Shown here one piece after another: positions 18,378 through 27,779 of a stretch of 64,000 nt of DNA (position 1 is its first letter; the number at the start of each line of letters is the position of its first letter). This DNA is from Candidatus Latescibacterota bacterium (GTDB lineage Bacteria; Latescibacterota; UBA2968), in contig OZ242195.1 in NCBI GenBank assembly GCA_965205975.1, positions 992,001-1,056,000 of the forward strand. The letters run 5' to 3'. Position numbers and translations under genes: made by a program. Below the pieces are notes generated by a model, which was not told where the DNA came from, ran no database searches, and saw only the letters and a program-made list of their open reading frames with translations.

Positions 18378-19778
18378 TTAGTATCCCCAAATCCGCTTTT
18401 CCGGTCGTTCCATCTCTATGAGCCGTTTGATCAATAGATGCCGATGTTCTATCAGCGCGGTTGCGTGGTCCGGATCTTGCGCCACATCGCGGTATTCACC
18501 CCACTCGGCGTTCAGGTCATAGAGAAATTCCCGTCCATCGTCATGCGCGATATAGCGATAGTTCTCAGACCGGATCATTTTCCAGCCCGTGGCTTCCATC
18601 AATGCCACGGCTTTGTCCGGGGCGTTCCCCCCGCAGAAAACGGGATATAGCGATTGGCCCTGTAAATGGGGTGGAGTGGGTACACCGCAGGCTTCGAGCA
18701 GGGTGGGGAGTACATCGACGCCTTCGACGATGCTCGATACGCGACGCCCGCCTTCTTTACCGGGGATGCGCATTAGAAGGGGTACGCGGCTCACGCAATC
18801 ATGCCCGGGGTAGCCTTTGCCATAGCGCAAATGTTCGCCCAGCCATTCGCCGTGGTCAGATGTGAATACGACGATTGTTTCATCTGCAATACCCAATTCA
18901 TCCAGCGCGTCTAACATGCGCCCCACTTGGTGATCTACTTCGCTGACCATGCCGTAATATCCCTGTCGCGCCAGGCGAAGTTCGCGGTCGCCGTAGTGAT
19001 TTTCATTGCGCTTTTCATTCTCTTCTGGCGGGAAGGATGGTAGAGTCATTTGATCGGGATTGTACAGGTCCAGAAAACGCTGTGGTGCAACCCAGGGTGA
19101 ATGCGGGGAGTAAATTCCCGCGATGCACAAAAACGGGCGGCTTTCACTTGCGCGTTCCGACATATATTGTATTGACCGGCTCGCCACCCACGCGGTGTGT
19201 GTGTATTCATCTTTTCCGCGAAAGGGGATTGGGTGTTTGGGGAATCGTTCGTCGGGGTGATGCACACCGTCTTTTACGCCCATCATCTGATACCAGCGCT
19301 CTGCCAATGGCGGCAATCCGAGGCTCAAATGATCGAGTTGGTCCGGTGCTTCCATGCGTACCCAGGCGCGATAAGCGTCTTCGTAACAGCCGGGTTCGTC
19401 ACTGATCTCCAGATGGTCAAATCCATAATCGGGATGTACTTCGCGGTGGTCCCGATTGGCGTGTGGCAAAAAGTGCAATTTGCCGATATTTGCCGAGTGA
19501 TATCCCGAATTGTGCAGCAATTTGGGCAATGTCATAAAGTCTTCGGGCACGGGTACTCCCATGTGTGTAATGCCGAGTGTGGAGGGATATTGTCCGGTCA
19601 AAAGACTCACCCGACTGGGCATGCACACGGGGTTCTGGACAAAGTAGTGGTCGAAGTTTATGCCCTCGTTTGCCAAACGATCCAGATTTGGCGTCTGGAT
19701 ATCGGTGTTTCCATTCACACCCATGGCATCCCACCGCTGCTGGTCGGTGTAAATCAATAAGATATTCGGTCGTTTCAT
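18378..19778 (-). CDS. Cys-type sulfatase
   Basis: PNILLIYTDQQR, CMPSR, GKLH, SDHG motifs. Confidence 0.92.
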   Translation of the reverse strand: MKRPNILLIYTDQQRWDAMGVNGNTDIQTPNLDRLANEGINFDHYFVQNPVCMPSRVSLLTGQYPSTLGITHMGVPVPEDFMTLPKLLHNSGYHSANIGKLHFLPHANRDHREVHPDYGFDHLEISDEPGCYEDAYRAWVRMEAPDQLDHLSLGLPPLAERWYQMMGVKDGVHHPDERFPKHPIPFRGKDEYTHTAWVASRSIQYMSERASESRPFLCIAGIYSPHSPWVAPQRFLDLYNPDQMTLPSFPPEENEKRNENHYGDRELRLARQGYYGMVSEVDHQVGRMLDALDELGIADETIVVFTSDHGEWLGEHLRYGKGYPGHDCVSRVPLLMRIPGKEGGRRVSSIVEGVDVLPTLLEACGVPTPPHLQGQSLYPVFCGGNAPDKAVALMEATGWKMIRSENYRYIAHDDGREFLYDLNAEWGEYRDVAQDPDHATALIEHRHLLIKRLIEMERPEKRIWGY

Positions 19779-19930
19779 GCTTTTCCTTTCTTTTCTGTGA
19801 TAAGGTCGTCCATAATACCCAAATTTGCCGCCAAAATCCACTGCCTTTTCCCTTGACACATCGTCCTTTTGATGCGACTTTGACGGACCTTTGGTGCCAT
19901 ATATAAACTGTGGAGTTGCGCGTGAAAAAA

Positions 19931-21331
19931 ATGACGTATTTTATCATTGTGGTCACTTTTTTAACAGGATCTGTTTGGGCGTCAGATACGGTTGATCTGG
20001 TGGTGCTGCATATCAATGATACACACGGAAAATTATCTCCCTACAATTTGGGAGGGCACAATATTGGGGGAATAGGCCGTTTGTCAACGCTGGTAAAGCA
20101 GGTTCGCGCAGAAAATCCCGAGCGCGTTTTGCTTTTGCACGCGGGTGATATTTTTTCGCGTGGAGAGCCTGTGGTGATTTATACGGGGGGGTATGTGAAT
20201 CTGTTGGCTTTTGAAAAAATGGGCTTTGATGCCATTACACCGGGCAATGGAGAGTTTTATTTTGGGATTGAAAATCTGAAGCGACAGACCTCGCGCGTAT
20301 CCACGCCTTTTGTTCACGCGAATGTGACGTATAAACATCACGATGGACCGATTTTTCCTCCGTATCTGATCAAAGAATTTCAAGGTGTGAAAGTAGGGAT
20401 TTTGGGGCTTGGCCTCATTCGCCCCTGGCATCAGTCGTCTCAGATGCTGAGGTTGCATGATGCTGTGGAGACAGCTAAACAATACATGCCAGAATTGCGT
20501 CCAAAGGTCGATTTTTTGATTGCATTGACGCATATTGGCGTTAAAAACGACAGTTTGTTAGCGGCGGCTGTGCCGGAATTGGATTTAATTGTGGGTGGCG
20601 ATACTCACACGCGGTTAAATACGCCTTCGCGTATCGCACGGGCAAATGGGAATGGGAGCGTAGCTATTGTGCAAGCGCGGCATTATTACCAGTTTTTAGG
20701 GCGGGTAGATGTGCAATTGCAAAAGACGACACGGGGCTATCGGGTGACGGGGTTGAATGGCAAATTGTTGCCTCTTAAGGAGGTAATAGCGCGCGATTTA
20801 GAGATTGAAGCACTTATCGATGAATACACGAAGCCCTTAAATGAGGTGATTTGTCGAACAGAACGCGACTTGTCCAATGCGCGAGATGGTAGGTCGGCAT
20901 TGGGCGATCTGGTGGGGGAGGCGGTGTTGCATCAAACGCGCGCCGATGTTGCGATTTTGGAACGCAATGGGGATACGCACGGTGTTGCCGCGGGCGATGT
21001 TTTTTTGAACGATATTTATCGGCTGCGACAATACAGACCGCCCGTAATGCTCACACGCCTTTCGCGGGATCAGATCCAGGCGGTTCTCGGGGCGCGGATG
21101 TATCTGACAGCGGGCTGTTCGTTTGAGCGCGGGGATAAAACCATCGCAAATCTGAAGATAGGGGCAAAGCCCGATTCTGCGGGTACCTATCTCGTTGCGA
21201 TAGAGAGACAGGTCGCATTTCGCCATTTTCTCCGCGATGCCGCATCCGATTCTGTTGCATTTGATTTTACAGGTCTGCGTGTGGATACGGCATTGGAGCG
21301 GTATTTGCGCGATGTGAAAGTAATTCGCTAA
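19931..21331 (+). CDS. Secreted 5'-nucleotidase/metallophosphatase-family protein
   Basis: NDTHG, HAGD, GNGE, LTHIG, GGDTH; C-terminal 5'-nucleotidase-like domain; start could be 19910 or 19922. Confidence 0.8.
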   Translation: MTYFIIVVTFLTGSVWASDTVDLVVLHINDTHGKLSPYNLGGHNIGGIGRLSTLVKQVRAENPERVLLLHAGDIFSRGEPVVIYTGGYVNLLAFEKMGFDAITPGNGEFYFGIENLKRQTSRVSTPFVHANVTYKHHDGPIFPPYLIKEFQGVKVGILGLGLIRPWHQSSQMLRLHDAVETAKQYMPELRPKVDFLIALTHIGVKNDSLLAAAVPELDLIVGGDTHTRLNTPSRIARANGNGSVAIVQARHYYQFLGRVDVQLQKTTRGYRVTGLNGKLLPLKEVIARDLEIEALIDEYTKPLNEVICRTERDLSNARDGRSALGDLVGEAVLHQTRADVAILERNGDTHGVAAGDVFLNDIYRLRQYRPPVMLTRLSRDQIQAVLGARMYLTAGCSFERGDKTIANLKIGAKPDSAGTYLVAIERQVAFRHFLRDAASDSVAFDFTGLRVDTALERYLRDVKVIR

Positions 21332-21371
21332 GGCTTTTGGCCCCCTTATTCACTGATTTCAGGAGATTGCA

Positions 21372-22661
21372 ATGCATTATAAAACACCGATTACCGATGT
21401 TCAGATTGAAGCCAATTTCGAACACGCTGCCGAACAGTACGCCGCTTTTGGCGTGGATATTGAACAGGCTGTGGATAGAGCACTTGAAGTGCCGATCTCG
21501 CTCCATTGCTGGCAGGGTGACGATGTGGCGGGTTTTGAAGTCAAAGATGAGGCTGTTGAAGGCGGCGGCATTATGGCTACGGGCAATTATCCCGGTCGCG
21601 CGCGCAATGGGGATGAGCTTCGCCGGGACCTGAAAAAAGTGGTTGATCTGTTGCCCGGGCCACACAGAGCGAATATCCACGCTTCTTATGGTGATACGGG
21701 TGGCAAAGTCGTCGATCGCGATGCTCTGGAGCCGGAGCACTTTGCAAGCTGGGTCGATTGGGCAAAAGCGCATGATATTGGTATTGATTTTAATCCCACT
21801 TATTTTGCACATCCCAAAGCAAATGATGGTTTTACCCTGAGCCATCCCGATAAGGGTATTCGCGATTTTTGGGTTCAACACGGTATTGCGAGTCGCCGCA
21901 TTTCTGAAGCCATTGGGAAAGCGCTGGGGGATGATGTTGTCAACAATCACTGGATTCCCGATGGTGCCAAAGATCATCCCGCTGATCGGTGGACGCCCCG
22001 CGAGCGTCTGGTAGAGGCATTGGATACTGTCTTTGACGATGGCCTGGGCATAGGGCCCGAATGCGTTGATGCGGTTGAAGGCAAGCTCTTTGGATTGGGT
22101 ATGGAGGACTATACGGTTGGGTCCAATGATTTTTATGCCAATTACGCGTTGACCCGGGGTGTACTTCTCTGTCTCGATATGGGACATTTTCATCCGACTG
22201 AGTCGATTGCCGACAAGCTTTCAGCGCATTTTGCTTTCCACGACAAGTTGCTCATCCATACGAGCCGTCCCATTCGCTGGGACTCGGATCACGTCGTTCT
22301 ATTTAGCGATGACGTGCGCCATGTTTTTCTGGAACTCGCCCGCCACAATGCGATTGATCGCATGTATCTCGCGCTCGATTTCTTCGATGCGAGCATCAAT
22401 CGCATTGCAGCTTATGTTATTGGTACGCGCGCCACGCGCAAAGCCCTTCTCTATGGCCTCGTTGATCCTACTGACCGCCTGCGCCAACTCGAAGCCGAAG
22501 GCAAGCTCGCGCAAAAACTCGCGCTGATGGAGGATATGAAGACGATGCCATTTTCCGCTGTGTGGGATATGTGTTGCCTCAAAGCCAATGTGCCCATCGG
22601 TGCTTCCTGGCTCGATGAGATAGAGGCTTATGAGCGCGATGTGTTGTCGCAACGCGATTAG
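21372..22661 (+). CDS. rhaA: L-rhamnose isomerase
   Basis: ISLHCWQGDDV, ATGNYPGRAR, WIPDG.KD, EGKLFG, DMGHFHPTE, RWDSDHVV, DFFDASINR. Confidence 0.95.
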   Translation: MHYKTPITDVQIEANFEHAAEQYAAFGVDIEQAVDRALEVPISLHCWQGDDVAGFEVKDEAVEGGGIMATGNYPGRARNGDELRRDLKKVVDLLPGPHRANIHASYGDTGGKVVDRDALEPEHFASWVDWAKAHDIGIDFNPTYFAHPKANDGFTLSHPDKGIRDFWVQHGIASRRISEAIGKALGDDVVNNHWIPDGAKDHPADRWTPRERLVEALDTVFDDGLGIGPECVDAVEGKLFGLGMEDYTVGSNDFYANYALTRGVLLCLDMGHFHPTESIADKLSAHFAFHDKLLIHTSRPIRWDSDHVVLFSDDVRHVFLELARHNAIDRMYLALDFFDASINRIAAYVIGTRATRKALLYGLVDPTDRLRQLEAEGKLAQKLALMEDMKTMPFSAVWDMCCLKANVPIGASWLDEIEAYERDVLSQRD

Positions 22662-22673
22662 AAATTCAGATAC

Positions 22674-22712
22674 AAAAACGCCCGCCAGATTGTTTTGGTG
22701 GGCGTTTTGTTA
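22674..22712. terminator. Probable bidirectional intrinsic terminator
   Basis: AAAAACGCCCGCCA-loop-TGGTGGGCGTTTT between convergent genes. Confidence 0.8.
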
Positions 22713-22739
22713 TTCTCTGATGGATTGGTATCATAAAAT

Positions 22740-23468
22740 CTAATCCACCTCCAGATATTTGTCTTCTAACTGATACCAGAACACATCTCCTGATTCAGTG
22801 ATATCCTGTATCCGGTTATCTATATCCACGGCGGCTATTGCAGCATAGGCGACGTGGGGGGTAAATTTCTTCAAAAATTCCGCGAACATGATGGCTCTGT
22901 CAGTGTCTCTGGCATCAGCGGTGTAGGAAATTTCCACAGCGATATAACATGTTTCACCTTGATCGTCAACGGCTTCTATAACGAGGTCTGCGTTGCGGAA
23001 TTTTCGCAGATCAATTGGGTCAATGCCCGATGTGTCCCCATTAGCGATTATATGAATGAGACCGTTCAAGTCAAGGTCTCCCATCCACTGAAATCCCATG
23101 TCCGCGGCAATGCTGGGGGCTTGTCTGATCGCGGCGTTTCTCGCATGGGCCGCCCGTAATCTTCCGAGGTCTATATCTATCTTGTTGAAGCGTCTATCCA
23201 TACGCTGTTCAAGTTCTTCAAAACGCCGGTTAGTCGTTGTGACAAATCTATTCATCTCTTCGGTGAACTTGTTGGTCTCTTCAATAAATTGGCCGAGTTG
23301 CTGTTCAAGGCTGTCAAAGCGTTTGTCTGTCTTTTCGGCGAACTCTGCGAGTTTTTCGGGTAGTTCCCGCAACTCGCGCGTTAACAGCCGGGCACGCAAC
23401 GCCTCAATCCACTGTGGGTTTTCGTCCAGTATTTCGACAAGCTCTTCTATGGTGTTGAAAACAGCCAT
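22740..23468 (-). CDS. Hypothetical protein: N-terminal coiled coil plus PD-(D/E)xK-like C-terminal domain
   Basis: Heptad-like FxE repeats; ADLVIEA..YIAVEIS..D.DRA motif. Confidence 0.6.
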   Translation of the reverse strand: MAVFNTIEELVEILDENPQWIEALRARLLTRELRELPEKLAEFAEKTDKRFDSLEQQLGQFIEETNKFTEEMNRFVTTTNRRFEELEQRMDRRFNKIDIDLGRLRAAHARNAAIRQAPSIAADMGFQWMGDLDLNGLIHIIANGDTSGIDPIDLRKFRNADLVIEAVDDQGETCYIAVEISYTADARDTDRAIMFAEFLKKFTPHVAYAAIAAVDIDNRIQDITESGDVFWYQLEDKYLEVD

Positions 23469-23510
23469 TTGCCCTCGCTATCTATTGTCAGGCTCTATAG
23501 ATAAAATGAA

Positions 23511-23539
23511 ATGATATCCGATAATAGTAGGCGTGTCAA
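23511..23539 (-). promoter_or_regulatory. sigma70-type promoter of the 22740-23468 gene
   Basis: TTGACA-17bp-TATCAT on minus strand. Confidence 0.65.
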
Positions 23540-23635
23540 GGCGTAATCCGTTAAATAGCGGTCAGTGGTTAGTCCCCCTTTGTTATCTGCGTCCATCTGC
23601 GTTCATGCTCAAATTACTCGCCTTCATTCTGCGGA

Positions 23636-24454
23636 TCAAATCGTCAGTGTCACGTAATCATTTTTTACGATCTCTTTTTCATGTGTATAAGATTGCGTTT
23701 CGAGAAGCTCTCGCGTTTCGGGCGAGACTCGCGCCAATACTGAATCGGGAAATTCGTGGATTTGTCGGTGATATTGCGGACGGTATCTTAAGATTAAGAA
23801 ACGGCGATCCCGATCTCTGGGTTGCCAGGCCATTGCCCCGTGTGTCATCAATTCTGTGGTTACGACAATATCACCGGCCCGGGCTGTGATATTTGCCACG
23901 CCGAGGGGCACATCTTTTTCGATCCACCCGCCGTTGAACACATCGGGAGGACGCTTAAAATCGCTTTTGTGCGATCCCGGCACGAGCAGCAATCCGCCAT
24001 CTCCGGGCAAGACATCGGTGAGATAGACAAATACCACGAGGTCGTCGCAATAAATTTTGCCATCGTCGCAGCTATATCGGCAACTATAGGGACCAAAACT
24101 CTCTCGCGAACAATGCAACCGATGAACGGGGTCTTTAGCCGTATTGATCCGCACTTCACCGCTGTTTAGCCTCGGTCGTCGCCCAGATACTTCCAGTACA
24201 ATGGGCCAGAATGAACGGTGAAAGACCAGTGCTTCCAGTACTTTGTCAAAAGCAAAAGCGTATTTGAATTGTGTGCGATTTTTGTCAAATAATGAGGTTG
24301 AACGCCCAAACCCTTCGGGCAGTTCATCATCTGAGGCATTCACATACCGATCCATAGCCTGTTGTGCAGCTTTCAGTTCTGTCCGTACAAGTGCTTGTTC
24401 CAGATGCAGATATCCCATCATATCGAATAAATAGCGCTGTGCATCTGTCATCAT
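23636..24454 (-). CDS. PhyH-family Fe(II)/2-oxoglutarate enzyme with HxS in place of HxD
   Basis: YLFDMMGYL, YLTDV..DGG..VPGSHK, AGD, THG, RR motifs. Confidence 0.8.
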   Translation of the reverse strand: MMTDAQRYLFDMMGYLHLEQALVRTELKAAQQAMDRYVNASDDELPEGFGRSTSLFDKNRTQFKYAFAFDKVLEALVFHRSFWPIVLEVSGRRPRLNSGEVRINTAKDPVHRLHCSRESFGPYSCRYSCDDGKIYCDDLVVFVYLTDVLPGDGGLLLVPGSHKSDFKRPPDVFNGGWIEKDVPLGVANITARAGDIVVTTELMTHGAMAWQPRDRDRRFLILRYRPQYHRQIHEFPDSVLARVSPETRELLETQSYTHEKEIVKNDYVTLTI

Positions 24455-24475
24455 GATGGCCTCCAAAGATAGATT

Positions 24476-25309
24476 TCACCCATAAGCGCCGTGGTCTAAG
24501 AATCCGACCAGGCGTTTGAGTCTATCGTTTGCGTTGCGATGGATATGCTCGGGCATGGTGTAGTTCATAAAAGGATAGTATTTGTGCCCTATGAGCCGTC
24601 TGCCATAGGTGATTTGCGTGATGTAGCGGCTGCGATTGCTCTGATTTGGTCCCCCTCTGTGCCAGACCTGATTGTTGAACATGATGACGCTACCGGCTTT
24701 GCCGAGGTTGTAATGCACTTTGTCTTGCCATTTTTCCCATGCAACCTGGCGTGGGCTTTCACCAATGAGATGTGAGCCTGGAATGACTTCTGTACCACCG
24801 TGTTCGATTTTCGTGACATCGGTGAGATAATAATTGCAGGTGAATACGAGTACGGGAAGGTGGATGTTTGTGGGTGGCTTGCCATCGGTGACAATATAAT
24901 GTGGGGCGTCGTCCTGGTGCCAGGTGGTGAGGCCGCCGCCAGGTGGCGTGATGAAAGAGTTGTTGTGTATAACGTGACAATTTGCTTCAACAAGGGCTTC
25001 GGCAAAGCTGACGATGGGTTCGAGGTCAAACAGGTTGAGATTGGCCGGGCTGTGCTCGAACATGCGATGGCACAGGCGGTTACTTGTTTTTCCACTTTGT
25101 GGGCTGAGCTTGCCATTGGGGTCTTTGTCCCGGCTGGTAAAATGCGCGAGAGACCAGTCGAGATCTGCTTTGAGCTGTGCGATGTGTTCTTCTTTTAAGA
25201 CATCTTCGAGAAATAGAAACCCATCTCTGTTAAATTGTTCTACCCATTCGGAAATTTGATCTGCATCGAGTGGATAGTTGGATTCAAAGCGCTGATTTTG
25301 TGGTTTCAT
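24476..25309 (-). CDS. PhyH-family Fe(II)/2-oxoglutarate dioxygenase
   Basis: FNRDGF, WHQD, IPGSH, WHRGGPN..R motifs. Confidence 0.88.
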   Translation of the reverse strand: MKPQNQRFESNYPLDADQISEWVEQFNRDGFLFLEDVLKEEHIAQLKADLDWSLAHFTSRDKDPNGKLSPQSGKTSNRLCHRMFEHSPANLNLFDLEPIVSFAEALVEANCHVIHNNSFITPPGGGLTTWHQDDAPHYIVTDGKPPTNIHLPVLVFTCNYYLTDVTKIEHGGTEVIPGSHLIGESPRQVAWEKWQDKVHYNLGKAGSVIMFNNQVWHRGGPNQSNRSRYITQITYGRRLIGHKYYPFMNYTMPEHIHRNANDRLKRLVGFLDHGAYG

Positions 25310-25329
25310 AATGGCCTCTATCGGTCAGG

Positions 25330-27339
25330 CTACCCAATCACCAGGATGGGCGAGCCATTTTGTATTTTGATCTGTGCGTTGCGAGACACTGTTTCGACTT
25401 CTCCTGTGCATAGATGATAGATGTGAACGGGGCTGATGTCGAGTGAAAATTCAAGGGTGTCGAGATCGAAAATATCTCGGGCAGGTAGTACGAGAGCGAG
25501 TCTGCGATGGGTGTTGTTGAGATACAGGATGCGATTGTTTTCGCATATTTGTTCAGCGGGGTCTGTAAAGGCGGTGCCGTGAACGGGGCTGTTGAGGAGT
25601 GTGTTCAGACAACGCAGGGTGTGAAAAGGTGCGCGGGGGTTGCAGAGGGTGTCGAGCAGTCCATGTGTGACATCCATTGTGCGGTCAAAGTCGGTGAGTG
25701 GATCTACAAATAGGCGCACATCTGGTAGGCGAACAATGGCAAATGTGGCTTCGGCAATTCGGCGGGCATTGGTGCTGTCGTTCTGCGCGTCTAATTCGAG
25801 GGATATGTCGATGTGACCGATATTCGAGTATTTGCGTTCGCTAAGGGATTGGATATAGGTCCAGGGCGATTCGGTGGGTGGCACGCGACAGAGGACGCGT
25901 TGAAGGTGAATATCGACGTTTTGGAGGCTATCGAGTTCGTTGAGGTGATAACCCATTCGGGTTCGCAGGTGTTGTTTGCCGTGTACGCTTTCGTTGGGGA
26001 TGATCGGGCAAATCGAGAGTTCTGCGAGTTTTGCGCATTGGTTGAGTGTTTCACAAACTTCGTCGGATAGTTGCGCGGGATCAGATATCTGAATTTCCCA
26101 GTTCTGTATGAGATCGAGGTTGGCTTTGATGTGTTCGGGCAATGAGGCGATGCGCGGTTCGAGAAATGTGGCAATGGGCGTTATCCCTTCGGAGCAGAGC
26201 ATTTCGAGGCGCGTGCGCTGAAAGGGATCTCGCAGGTCGCGCCAGGGGAAGCGTACGAATTTGGCGCCGAGTTCTATACAGGCCAAAAGATGCTGGTCAT
26301 TGCGTACTTTTTGACGTATGACAGAAGGATATGCAATTGGGAGTTCCGCAATGGGCGTGATGGGGTGGCGGAGGGTGAGTCCCACAGGAGAAGACAGGGT
26401 GGCGGATGTGCAGGTGATCAGGCGGTCACGAGCAGGGCGTTTTATTTCGCCTTTTGTGCGGATGAAGTGGATGTCGGTGTGATCGGCGCGTATGCGGAGG
26501 AGATAAAAGCCCAGTTTCCCCGTGTCGTCTCGCCCCTGTTCGGGTGGGGGAGGGCTGGCGTAAAGATGGCCGAATCCCGGGCGCGTAAAGGACGCAGAAG
26601 GAACGATGAAATAGCGCGTTTTGCCAATTTTGTCGTAAAAGGGATAGTGAACGTGTGCCGCGAAGAGGAGTTCGATTCCGTATTTTTGAGTCAATGCGAG
26701 GAGGCGGTCTCGATCTGGCGGGCTGATATTGTCGTAGTGTCCCAATCCCGGCTCATTTTTATCCCAAAGATACAAGGGCAGGTGAAAAAATAGGAAGAGC
26801 CGCTGATTTTTGTGTTTTTCAAGGTCGGATTCAAACCATTTCCACTGGTCGTCTGCTTCGGGGATTTTTGAGTTGAGGATCTGGGAATTGAGTACGATAA
26901 AGTGACACAGATCGCGATCAAAACTGTACCAGGAGGGTCCAAAGAGATCGTGGAAGAATGCGAGCGATTCCGCAGTTGCCGCATGGGTGGGCATGGTGGG
27001 ATCGGTTTTATCGCCGATATCGTGATTGCCAGCGACGTAGTGGGGAGAAATATTGCAGGCGCGTATCTGATCGCGCGCTTCGAGCATCGCGCGTTTGAAG
27101 TCCGGCGTTTCGGGATATTCCTGGACGAGGTCGCCCATATGGATGACAAAGTCAGCCTCGATATCTGATACCTGTTGCAGGGCTATGCCGGCGCGCTGGG
27201 TTTGCACGCGGCGCGATTCAAATTCGAGGGGGCGGTCGCCAACGTCAATCATGTAATGCGTGTCGGCAATGACCACGCATTCAAATTGAGCAGGGGGGAG
27301 GTGGGTTTTGTCGAAGCTTATTTTTCTTCCGCTTTCCAT
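25330..27339 (-). CDS. Calcineurin-like metallophosphoesterase with long uncharacterised C-terminal region
   Basis: ADTH, HMGD, GNHD, FFHLP, AAHVH motifs in first about 280 aa. Confidence 0.78.
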   Translation of the reverse strand: MESGRKISFDKTHLPPAQFECVVIADTHYMIDVGDRPLEFESRRVQTQRAGIALQQVSDIEADFVIHMGDLVQEYPETPDFKRAMLEARDQIRACNISPHYVAGNHDIGDKTDPTMPTHAATAESLAFFHDLFGPSWYSFDRDLCHFIVLNSQILNSKIPEADDQWKWFESDLEKHKNQRLFLFFHLPLYLWDKNEPGLGHYDNISPPDRDRLLALTQKYGIELLFAAHVHYPFYDKIGKTRYFIVPSASFTRPGFGHLYASPPPPEQGRDDTGKLGFYLLRIRADHTDIHFIRTKGEIKRPARDRLITCTSATLSSPVGLTLRHPITPIAELPIAYPSVIRQKVRNDQHLLACIELGAKFVRFPWRDLRDPFQRTRLEMLCSEGITPIATFLEPRIASLPEHIKANLDLIQNWEIQISDPAQLSDEVCETLNQCAKLAELSICPIIPNESVHGKQHLRTRMGYHLNELDSLQNVDIHLQRVLCRVPPTESPWTYIQSLSERKYSNIGHIDISLELDAQNDSTNARRIAEATFAIVRLPDVRLFVDPLTDFDRTMDVTHGLLDTLCNPRAPFHTLRCLNTLLNSPVHGTAFTDPAEQICENNRILYLNNTHRRLALVLPARDIFDLDTLEFSLDISPVHIYHLCTGEVETVSRNAQIKIQNGSPILVIG

Positions 27340-27743
27340 TCGGCGATTTTTTCATCGGCTTTGCGGCGCAGTTCGCGGCCCTTGTCCGGAGTCGGGTCTT
27401 TTATGAGGCCATAGACCTGGCGGCCTTCGTGATCTTCGGGTAAGTATTCGGTAATGGGCATGCCTTCGGGGGTGACAAAGAGCAGGCAGTGACAGTATTT
27501 GAAGATTTTCATTTCGTCACAGGCACAGACCCATTCGCGGCTGCGTTCGAGTTCGGCCTTTTTGTCGGGATAAAAGTTGCAGGGGCAAAGCGGACGGCCC
27601 AGTTCGTCGATATTTTCTGCAAGACCGTTGATGACTGTGTCGGCGACTTCCCGGGTCGGATGGGGCGATGTCCCGGTTTTTTCCCAGTATTTTTCCGTGT
27701 ATATCTGCATTCTTTTGAGGCTTTTTTCTGTGGGTTCTGACAT
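27318..27743 (-). CDS. ftrC: Ferredoxin-thioredoxin reductase catalytic subunit homolog
   Basis: GL..N..ELG.PLCPC, WVCAC, YCHCLLF motifs; RBS GGAGG. Confidence 0.85.
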   Translation of the reverse strand: MSEPTEKSLKRMQIYTEKYWEKTGTSPHPTREVADTVINGLAENIDELGRPLCPCNFYPDKKAELERSREWVCACDEMKIFKYCHCLLFVTPEGMPITEYLPEDHEGRQVYGLIKDPTPDKGRELRRKADEKIAEWKAEEK

Positions 27744-27779
27744 GGCGTATACCTCCAGTTTGGGGATCTTGTGTATGGG

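Noticed and set aside
18205..18390. 61-aa minus-strand ORF
   Set aside because: Spurious translation across the palindromic MITE-like element
19853..19881. TTGACA upstream of the nucleotidase-like gene
   Set aside because: The -10 at 17-bp spacing (GACTTT) is too weak to call
21267..22193. 308-aa minus-strand ORF
   Set aside because: Antisense to rhaA, which has unambiguous motifs
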